This document shows positions 25,801-37,800 of a stretch of 64,000 bases of DNA, one piece after another. Both the position numbers and the translations under genes were made by a program. Numbering within the stretch: position 1 is the first letter of the stretch; each line of letters opens with the position of its first letter. The notes below the pieces were generated by a model, which was given only the letters and a program-made list of their open reading frames with translations, had not been told where the DNA came from and ran no database searches. The stretch comes from Perna viridis (taxonomy: Eukaryota): the NCBI GenBank assembly GCA_037379345.1, contig CM074515.1, positions 36,709,743 through 36,773,742 of the forward strand. Direction: 5' to 3'.

Positions 25801-28800
25801 GTTTTTAAATTAAGAACATTTAATAAATCTACTATCACAGATGGATCTCTCATAGATATTGCTGAGTCTAAGGCAGCCTGGAATAAGACAACTTAAATGT
25901 ACAGATCTGACTAAATATGGTGTTTCATTATATTAAAGAAGGTCCATTTGTTAGGATACAGTTTTGTCAGTATTTATACCAATGTAAGCAAAGCATAAAA
26001 AAAGTTAAAACATGCACATGTATGTATAATGTAAAAACTGTTCAAAAAAGGACATAAAAAGACTACAGCTTATTCTTCTAAAATATAATATGGTAAATAA
26101 AATGCAAGCCATAATGAAGAAAAATGGCTGAGATTTACTATAAAATAACATAATGAATTAAATACAAATTGGATAAAAAATAACTTAATTGTGGCAAACA
26201 TGCCAATTCGTTTGAGAAGCATGTTTAATGATCATACTTTAGTATTCCCTGATGTCCACATGGCTCTTACAATCTGTAAATTTTTACTCCTTGCAGACAT
26301 GACAGCTGACATTGCATCGTGTCCATTATGTATTGTCTGTCTTACACCTTCATCAGTAGCAACAGTTTTCTTATTCCCTGGCTGTTCAGATTTCTGAAGA
26401 GAAAAAGATATTGTAACAAGGCATTTTCTACGATTTGGTTGTTTTATCTACTTCTTGGATGGCTAGATATTTGGGATATCACACCATAAACGATGTGATA
26501 CAAACAAGTGATTAGAAAAATTCATTGTTAGGTTTAGTAGCTGTGTGATTATGTATAATTTTTTTTATCAAACCTGATTGGTCGAAAGCAACATTATGAT
26601 GTTTCTAATGCGGTTCTCTCAAAACCACTGGTGAAGTCAAAGAAGAATCTGACTGATGCCGTATGTCAGGCAGCAAAAATATTCCAAAGGAATCATACAG
26701 AAAACAGCCTGTTTGTTATGATGTTGAAATTAAATAATTGAGTTGATATTCTGAGATATTTAACTTTCACTCATTATGAAACCTATAAATATCCAGCTCT
26801 ACTACAAAAATAGTTCAAATATTTTTTTTTACCCATCAAAACCATAAATTTGACAAATTTCTACTTCAGAAGGTGTCAATCTCTATCTAACTCTTTAGAA
26901 AAGACCAATTTGAAAATCACATTAACTGGTTGCACTAAGTTACAGTAACAAGCTAAGAAAAACTGAAGGGGGACATAAATATGTAATTTACACACCCTGT
27001 TTAGTCAATTCTGTGACTGACTACACAAAGATTAAAAAAGAGATATCACTTACTGGAAGAAAATCTTGAGCTGAGATTGCTGACTCTTTGGGAGGTTCCC
27101 TGGGCGACTTTACAGGCCGTGTCTGTTTTGTTACAGTTTTGGTCACTGGTTTGGATGGATCTGATTCTGTTCTACCTGTAAACAAAACAATGCCCTGTCA
27201 TTTCACATTTAATACATATCTTGCCTATTGAAGATAAGGTTGACAAATTCCAGCGCTCCAACTTCTTTCCCCTATAATCAATCTTCCCTCTCAAATTGGT
27301 AAACAAAAATAGTACTCCAGCCAACTTAACTTCTGTCCCTCTCACTCATTTTTCTAACTCTCTTCCTCCCAGGCCCTCAAACTTTACTTCTGTCAAATAA
27401 ACATATTCCCAGGGATCAATTTCTATGATTTTGAATAATGTAAACAATTAATAGTGTTAAAAATCAGTTTCCCCGATACTACTTTTCACTTGTAAATTAA
27501 TATATTTATATACATGTAGTATAATATTTAATCACATTTCAGTGAAATGGCCTTTATGACCAACATCATAACTCAACAGTAACTTCCTTAACTCAACCTT
27601 TGCACTTAAAAATTGTGGGATTTGCAGAAACAGTAATAGGGTTGTGTACGAAGTAAGTGCTCAATACAAACAAATCTTTTTTTTTAAAAGTGCACTAGAA
27701 GTATGTAGATGATATATGACGTGCAATGCTATTTAGTAATTGCCATTTCTGAAATATAAAGTAAAGTCAATGAAACATTGCCATGTTAACTTCATATTCC
27801 AGCTTGTGATAGAACCCAGAGTAATTAGATTTTCATTACTGTAGTATCTTTTAAACTAATTTCAGTGAGCATTCAACTGAAATGTTCACTCACACACAAA
27901 CCTAACTCAAGTTACTGAGCTTCCATGATACACAATTTGAAATAGAAGAAAACTAAGTTTCATATATAAAAATCACTTTAAAAGTGAATGTAACCTTAAA
28001 AGATGGACTAGTATAATTGTTTAAACCAAAAAAATATTCCCATGAACATGACACAGGTTGAAAATATCTATTAGTACCGGTGTGCAATAACTAAAAATTT
28101 AGCAGTAGTGTCAATTAAGCTCAGTACAAAAAATAAGAAATGTCACAACTAACAGATTCAAATAAAGTGAAAATCTTTCAGGGGTGTGACTGACAGTGAT
28201 CAGCCATTGACAGTCACAGCAAACGAAATTTTACCACGGGATTTTAATTTGGGCCGTTTTCTTGTTCGTTGGGGTCCAAGTATACTTGCTGAAAATTTTA
28301 AGTTAAAACATTTTTGCATTTGATCCTGAAAAGCATTGGGATTGCTCATGGTTGAAAAGAATTGCTTTTCAATTTGATGAAATAAGACTATTTGTGCATC
28401 AATTGGGGTTATAAACTATTTTCAAATGTTAACGAAATCCATATTGAACTGGCTATATATAATTGTGTAAGGTTTTCTATATTGGCTGAGTTATATAATT
28501 GTGTAGGGTTTTCTATATTGGCTGAGTTATATAATTGTGTAAGGTTTTCTATATTGGCTGAGTCCTCAGCTAATCATATTGGATCAATAACTAAGCCAAT
28601 ATGGAAAACCATGTACAACAGTACTATCAAATCTATAATTGACTTATGTACTGTCCAAAGAAAAATAGATGTGCAAAAGCTAATGCAAAATAGTGACTTA
28701 CACTAAATGAAAAGGGAACAAAGGCAATGATTTCACATGATTTTCACTTGAACTTCACAAATGTCACATGAATTTAACAAATAAAGCATGCCACATGTGT

Positions 28801-31800
28801 AACAGTAAATATAACCACTTTCAATAGTTAAATGGGACACCACTGTGACATCATTTAGAGTGCATGTGAAATTCATACGAATTGAGCAATCACATCAATT
28901 TCATAAGAACTACAGTTTCTGAGAATTTCATGTGAATTACAATAAATATGTATTTCATATGAGCAATATTTGCCTCTGTAGCCTAATTCTGAGTAAAATT
29001 TATGATAGTGCTCTATTGCTTAAGATTCAATGCTATCTCTCTTTGAAAAGATCATAATTTGATCTCTACATCACAGGACTGATACGAAACTTTTCCATAG
29101 AATGTTAGAAAATGAGGTTTTGACAGAGTTATCTGCCCTTGAAATGTTCATTGTCAATGCATATCAATGAAATTATAACTTTTTTTTTCATACCATCTTT
29201 CATCCACTGCCTGATTCTTACAAAGACTGCCATAAAACTATACTAAAATGAATTATATAAAATAAAGAAAGTAGATTGATACTGTAATAAAAGAAATGTT
29301 GATTTACTTAAATACATGCAAAATATTGGCATAAAGTGAGAGTGATGCGACTTACTAGTAGTCTTTTTAATAGGCTGTTTGGGAGCAGGTTCAGGCTCTG
29401 GTGCTAAAACAAAACACAAGGTGCAACTCAAAAGCTCATGGTAAAGCAGTCAAACATATAAATGCAAACCCTTCCCCCATAGAATGAAGCTCTAAACAAA
29501 CAAGAAGAAACAACAGTTAAAATATTATCACTCTATCATATCATTCAGCAGGTATGTTTAAATTTTCATTATATTCTAGAGGTAATCAGAGGTATGAAAA
29601 TAAAAGCTCGCTATTTTTTTTTCTACAAAAGTACATACATACCACAAATTTTCAAGGGGAAGAAAGGAGCTTGAATTAAAAACTTGTTCTCATAAAACTA
29701 ATTCCATAATTTGGCTCATGCAAAAATTACCTGCTATGAAATATGTTATAGAGAGATACATGCATATTTCATTATCAATTAGAAATCTTTCATTTTTACA
29801 TAACAGAAATAGCAAGCATTGGTACGTGTTAAAGTCTTTGAATTCACAAAAAAAAAGTGACTTTAAAATCAGGCAAAAGTCACGACACTACTATTTTAAA
29901 GAAATGCATTGGACAACTGACATCATATCTTACTACTGAATTTTTGTTTACACTTTTTGTGAGCATGAAGAATGAATGAACTGGTAATGAAAAATCTACA
30001 CCTAAAAAGACTAACTTTTGAACTTTGCTGGTTTTTGGTTTTTGTTTTGTTATTGTTTTCAATGGAAAAATAAACACTACTATCAAAAAGATTTTTAAGA
30101 GGTAAGTAGTTTCTTAATTCCTGGCTTAAAATATATACAATGTGTTAGTGTGTTTTTCTTATAAGATGTTAGGCTTTGCCAAAGAGGGACAGAGTTATCT
30201 GTACTTTGCTGATGATACACCATGTCATTATGAATGCTGTCTCTAACAAAATAAATATAGCCACCCTACAGCTGTGTTAAAAGTTAAATTTGAATAATCA
30301 CTTCCGAAATATGTACCTTTTCAACAGATAGATTTTCACAATGATTTTGCGCCATTCATGTTTCAGACCCATTAAATAAATAAGACGTTGATGACACTCT
30401 GTCCCTATTGATGTCTAATAAAACTTACTGGTTTTCTTAGGAGGTGGTTGTTTCTTAACTGGTTCTGGTTCACTGGGTGCTGAAATTTAAATTTTTTGTA
30501 GAGGCATGGGGCTTTGACTTAAAATTCAATTCTATGACATAGTTCAATTCCCTTTTTTTCATTTATAGTACATTGAAAATAAAATGAGTTACATTTTTTA
30601 TCGAAATGTCACAGAATATTGTTCCTCTCTCAAAAATGTAAGATCTATAGGTTTTTTGTTTTTAGATACATGTAGGTAATCATCCACTTCAGTAAACAAC
30701 ACATTCAACTCTAAATGTAATACATGTAATCAAAAGTAGCATATGTTATACCTATAATATCAGTTTTGTAAATAAGAAATGTTCCAGAATTAAATGTAGG
30801 GGGAGTAGGAAGGCACTTTTTTCTCTACTCTACCACCCACAAATCAAAATTTATGTTTATTGTCCAACACAAGAAATACAACTAACCCACAACCCATAAT
30901 TTATTTAATAGAAAGGCCTCCCTACACTATACCCCTATTATTCAGGAACAAAAAAAAAACCCAAATTTTTTTTTTCAATTCTGGAACAGTTCTCAAATGA
31001 AAAATTGACAGAAAATAGCACAGACCAAGATAGTAAACATACCACTATGTCAGAAAATAAAAACTTCTTGCATATCACCATGCCAAACTAATCACAGCTG
31101 TTCCATAATAACTGCTTTTATCCCTCCCAAACAATTCTAAATTCTTATTCATCAAGTACAATCCAATTTTTGTTTTATATATAGTTTTAACATGTTACAG
31201 CAAAAAAACGTTAAAATGGAGCAGCTAAACAAAACACATGAACAGCACATATAACATACAAAATAATACCTTCCCTATATATATTCCTGATATACATGGT
31301 ATTAAAAATGTCAATTATCTCCAAATTCCAACATGCATGACTTACTAGATATAACTATGGTACGCCTATTTGTAAGACCTAATCAGTAAACATAAATGTA
31401 ATTATTTGGCATAAATTATCTAGCTAACAGAAATTATTGTTCTAAGAAGACACACATAAAAATATTTATGGTGTAAGGCAATACAAAATAGAGATCTCAT
31501 TTCTAGAATTGATCATACTGGAGCTGGATTGTTTCATTTTAAAGTTAGTATAGTATTTAAATTATTTTTCCTATGTTTTTCTATCAATTTCAAGCTTGTG
31601 AAGCTTCTACAATTTGAGCATGATGCATCAACTTCTAAACTGAATTCAAAGTCCATACATTATTAAACTGATACCAAACAAAACAACAATATTCAAGCCA
31701 TTTTAGAAAAAACCCAAAGAAATGTTAAGTTCATAATCTAGCAAATAGATGCAGAGAGGCAATACTATTTCATCATGCAAGAAAACCAAAACTGCAACTT

Positions 31801-34800
31801 TCCGATTTTTATCCACACACTGCTTATGATTAACTTAGCTTCAAACAGATATGTTCATATACGTTTTATTTTTTCCTGATAATGATGTTTCATTAATGAT
31901 ATCAGGGCCCACCCCAAGAAACTTAAATTTCAAGGATAATGAAAAAAAAAAATTCAAACAAAATTTTGCAATACAACCCTAGCACCATGTAACAATATAA
32001 CTGTTTCATTCTTGAGCTTGAATAGATGAGCAGTAAGCTACATAATTATGCATTGTTACAGAAACTATCTATTGCGGACTCTGACTACTTAAAGTAAACC
32101 ACAGGAGTTTAGATGTGAGAAAAAGAGATAGAAAACTTAGACAAACATGAAAATATAATATGCATCGGTTAGCATGAGTGCAAAAAAAACCTCAAAAAAA
32201 AACAAAAAAACAATGCTTATCATCTTAAATTACTTGCATATGTGTTCACATGACTAAACATATATATATATGCACCTAATGGTAACTTGAGGGGGAGTTC
32301 TGATGTGACCTAATTCGATCGTAAGTATATTTACCATCTTCTGGAGGTGCAGGGAATGGCTCCACCTTCCGTACAGGTGATCTGGAAATACGTGATCTTG
32401 GTTGAAATATTTCTCTATAATCTTCAGGATTCTGTATGTCAGCTGATGAGTTGTCTTTCTCCTCGTCATTGTCATGTGTAGGTTCTTCTGCTTCCTCTTT
32501 CGGTAAACTATCAAATGATAAAAATAATGTGTAATTTTGAATAACGTTTTTCATCTTACGCATATCATAACCAGTTAACAAAATTTCAGATATTTTCATA
32601 ATAGACTGAATTCAAAAATTTTCTGTATATGTAGAAATATTCACCTTGCACTCAAATTCCACAATGTATATTTAGATTCATTATTTATTATTATCTAGAT
32701 TACGCTGTTGAATTTGTCACTAAATCTTTTAAATCTGTTAAAATGTAGGATGTTAGATTTTTGTAAGAATAGCTGACATCGATTTAACACTATGCACTAA
32801 CCTGGCTTGTTTTGTTGAAGCTGTTGGTGGTCTTTCTGTTACGAAACTTTTCCTACTACTGCAATCCAATTCATAGAAAACTCAAGTTATAGAACATATA
32901 AATTTTGGAAGCATGAATATTTCCTTTAGAGTTTATCATTGGCAAATGTGTATAGAAATGTTCACAATCTGTGGTTTTTCTACAGAGGTATTCAGATTAT
33001 GCAGGCTGTGGCATAAACAAGTTTCCCTGTACATAAAGTTTTTTTTTTCCACTTTCTTACTGAAACAATTGACTTAATGATATCATATTATACGCATTAT
33101 AAATGTGTACATTTTGAGAACAAGAACAATGTTATTAGTCTTAAATAGGCAGTTTACCTAAAAACTTCATTTTTAAACAATGCCTTATATGTTTTGTAGT
33201 TATCAATCATACACTGGGCAGAACTATCAGTCCTGTTTGGTAGAAAAATTAACACTCAGAACAACTCTACACAAATTATACATACATCAGAAAATGCTAA
33301 ATCACAAGATACACAAGCATGTAGAAAATTCATTATTATATATAAAATGCCATTAAGATTTATTAACAGAAACCTGAGTCACAGAAGAAAAGCTTCAACT
33401 CTTAACATCGATAGCAGCAGAAAGTAAAAAGATCAACATAACTCTTCCTATTTTGATAAAATGCAATTTTAATATAACAAACCTGTTTAAATGCTGTGAT
33501 CCTTCTTGATGTGGTACACCACCAAATGGTTGCACCTTCTACAATATAAAAAGTATTAAATTTCAGATCTTTGGCAAGAAATAAGCAATAAAGTATTCTA
33601 GGGTCATTATCCAAATATGAAGAAATCCCTAAGTTCACAGATACGATACAGACTGACAATAATCAAACATTTTTTATTCATATTAGGGTGCTTTAAGTAG
33701 TAATTGTAATATATCATGACATTTTTAACCATTGGATTATTACACTGAAAGTATATATGAAATAAGAACTGTTAATACTTTTCTGATTAACAGTAATTTA
33801 GAAGGTACCAGAGATTGATTACCTGTATATCAACAACATAACAAGAGACATTAGTCTGTGAGAAAGAAGCTCCAATCTGTAAAATAAAGAAAAAAACACA
33901 ATGTTACAGTTTAATGTTCTAAAAAATGGTTCAGAAAGAAGATCTGATCTGTAAAGTAGAAACACATAGTTACAGTTTATTTGTTCCCACCCAATAAAAA
34001 TAATTGTTGTGTAGATTTTATGTGTTCTTTTACTTGAATGGGTCAAACATCAATAAAGAGGAATATAAATAACACAAAACTAGTTAATGTTATGAAAATG
34101 CTTGTCATGATAATCAACATTTTCCTGATAGTATAGAAAAAATGACTTAAACAAAATCCTTCACTTGAAGCACGACTGATTAACAAATCTATATACCCCT
34201 AAACTTTGTTGACACATCATGAAAGTCCTATAGCTTAGTTCAAAATGAGAAAAATTAAGTAGGATAAAAAGAAATTTCAATCGTTTATACCCGAGTTTTA
34301 CCATTCTTACAACATGTCACCTACCAACTGATTCTGAGCTAGTGTGATATGTGCGACATCACCCCATGATATTGGCACACTATCGAAACACTCTGGGGGC
34401 TCCCATCCATACACTTTTAACAGATCTTTTCCTCCACTGAATAAACAGACACCATCTGGATGGTACATCATTGTTCTGCAAAATAGGAAAAAATAAAAAA
34501 TATTTATTTCCACTTGTTTATGTATTTCTTTTAACGAAAGCTTTATTTATGTTCATTTTCATTCGACCATTTGCTTTCACTATAAAGGCATCCTGACTGG
34601 AACTCTCAAGCTTGTCTCTAGGTTTAAGAGATTGTGTATGTACCATGGTGTTTCTACAATTTTCTTACTAGCTTACCAATAAAAATATCTATTAAGCTAC
34701 CAGCAAGCTTGCCACTCTGTATGAAACAAAGCAACATCTAGACCTATTACAATCATTAAGGCAAAATTAAACCTGAAAACAGTTTTTTCTATGACTCTTT

Positions 34801-37800
34801 TATCTCCAAGACAATTACCTTATTGGTGTAGCATTTCCATCTGTAGAAGATACCATACTAAATGTTTCTAAATCCCAAAATTTTATTGTCCTGAAAACAT
34901 ATATATATTATTAAGCAAGCTCTATGCAAAGTAATTGGTATACTAGTATCTATCAATGCATAAAAATATTCTTTTTATACATTCATGAAACAGATAAATA
35001 TTCTGTTTTTACAGCATTCATGAACAATAATATAATGGATACAGTTTAACAGATTAAACATTTGTTCAAATTCTATTGCTGCTCCTGCATTTAACTCCAA
35101 CAATCAATCAGTCAATTAAAATTCTATCTCTGAATGATCAACAATTCACTTATTTACTTGTGAAAAAAAGACTACAGTGATAATTTTTTGATGGCTATAT
35201 TTGTTTGCATTCAACTGACTGACACTACAATACTATATAACTACAACTATTACAGATTTTCCATCACATAGGAGCAGTTTAATTCATTTCTGCACAACAG
35301 AAATTTAGTTTGAACTTCTATACTTATAGTGTAGAAATAATAAAAATAAAGACAACCCAATGAGAATAAGTTTCTTCCACGAAATATATAGTTTATTTAT
35401 TGATACCATGACAGGATACAGTTCCAAGAAAATAATCATCACTTAGTGGTAAGTCTAATGCATACCTAATCAGTAGCTGAGAATGAAATCATTGAAATAT
35501 ACCAGAATTCACATACTTATCTGAACTGCCTGTTCCTAAAAGTAATTCTTTCGGATGGAATTCAACAACATTCACTGAATCTGAATGTAATGTCAGGGTT
35601 GTTAATACTTTTCCAGCAGTAAGATCCCATATCTACAAAATTATTCAAAATATATTTGTTTATACTGGAAAAAGGTTTAAATTAATATCAACTGAAATAG
35701 ATAATAACAATGCAATTTTCATAAGTAAAATTACCATGTATCCATTTGAAATAATTTCACAAATTCAGCTAAGTTGTGGAAATTGATCAATTCAGAAGAA
35801 CATATCATGGTTTTTCGTCACAGTAATGGGTTTTAAGTAGTGGGATCATTTCATATACATTTTCCTCCGGAACTCCAACATTCCTATTTCACTATCTGCA
35901 AATAAAGACAACAATACACTACCTTAACCAGACCATCTGCTCCTCCTGAAGCTATCAGTTTACCATCAGGACTAAATCTAAGGCAATTAACACAACCAGT
36001 ATGACCCTAAAATAATAATTTGAAATCCAAATAAAGAAATTAGACAAATGGGTCAAAGACAGAAATGGTTGGGTTGCCGTAAACAGTGGCTGTGATTTAC
36101 TGATCACCATTTTATAAGCCAAATTTGCACGAGTGCAACCAAGCCAAAAATTACTTAATATCTAAATTACTCAAAATGGGAGATAGCTTGAAAGCATCAA
36201 TTTACATAATGAAAAATATTAAGAAGCGATTATAAAAGATTCTATTGGTTCAAAATATGAGATAGCTTAATTTTTTAATTAAAATATTTTAAATTTTATT
36301 CATATACCAGAATGTATATTACTGGAAAATAATAAGTGTATTGATCATGCACCACAAAATGTTACCAAAATCAAATCAAATCTAATCTTGTGTTACATAT
36401 TTATGAAATAAGCATGTAACAATTATCTGTGGATTTTCACATTTAAAAATATACTTGTACTTACTTTATAATTATATATACATCCCTTTCTTCTTATATC
36501 CCATAACTGCAAAAAAAGTTGTAATAGACAGAAGTACAGCTTTAAAACCAACATTTAAATTTGATGATATAAGTTACTGTATGGTTATGAACAAACTATA
36601 TTAATGTTAGACTTCTATCACTTGAATTTGAATGACTCAAACTCAAATTATTTCCCAGTGTTTGAAATAGCTTCATAAATAATGTTTAAACTTCATTGAA
36701 CAGTATCTCAAAAAAATTAAAAATTCAAACTTGTCTCTTTAGTCAATAATTTCAGTATTATTGAACTCATGTTTTTAAATACAATTTCTTTTTTTCAGAA
36801 GTAGTAGATTGTTACATGTCCAGCATTGATCAACATGATTACGACTAATAACAAGAAATTCAAGTACGCTCATGTTCAATCTATTTATAGAATACCTTTA
36901 TATTATAGTCTAAGGAACCAGAAGCTGCATAATCTCCATAAGGATGAAAGTCTAAACTACGAATACTGGATTTGTGACCGGTTAAGGTCCGAATAACTGA
37001 AATAATAAAAATACAACAAGGTAAAATACAAATACACTTGAAATGATCTGTGGGGATGCAGCTTGATAGGACCATACAGTCAGAACTCGTAACATTTGGA
37101 ACATGAATAGATATGTAACATTCAGGTTTGTTTACAGCTTGTGGTGATTCAATCATAAGTTTCTAACACAGTAAAGAAGTGGACAAAGATTAATAAATTA
37201 AAAGCAACCCTCAAAGTCAATCACAGCCTTCCTTTTGTAGCATTGAAACAATGTGGTATAATATTATAGAGATCTGTACATTGATAATCAACTAAGTGTC
37301 AGGAAACCAAATGTTTAGAGACAACAACAACATCCCTATAATATTATTTGACAGCAAATTGTTTTCGTAAAAACAAATCATTACAATAGCTACAAACATG
37401 CAAATCTAAACCATAATTAATCAGACATACATGTATTGCCTTAACGCATTTTCACGTTTTCATTTTCAAAACAAATGTCATTAAGATTAAGTTTCTTTTT
37501 TTCCTGATCAAAATTAAACATCTGTATTTTCCCTAAATGTATTGGTAGAGCAATATGAAGAACAGTGTATTTTACTAACTTTTGGCCTGCTCAAGGTCCC
37601 ATATTTTAAGAGCACCAGATAAAGATCCTGCCATTACCATCTCTTCATCAGGACCAAACCGTACACTGTCTACTGGTGTTGTATGACCTGTCAAACTCTA
37701 CAAAAAGAAATAAAAGGTGTATAATCATAAATAAACTCTACCCCATTTTAAATTAACCTGTACCTATTTAGTCTTTTGCATTGAGAAAATGCTGAAACAG

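Noticed and set aside
28392-28706. 104-aa ORF with repeated [12 protein letters not shown]
   Set aside because: Artefact of the 36-bp tandem repeat, and antisense to KATNB1.
29880-30086. Additional KATNB1 linker exon ([18 protein letters not shown])
   Set aside because: The available acceptor/donor pairs do not give a phase 1-1 frame-preserving exon.
32276-32334. In-frame extension [19 protein letters not shown] past the KATNB1 donor as a truncated isoform
   Set aside because: Short read-through into an intron is expected by chance, and there is no supporting evidence.
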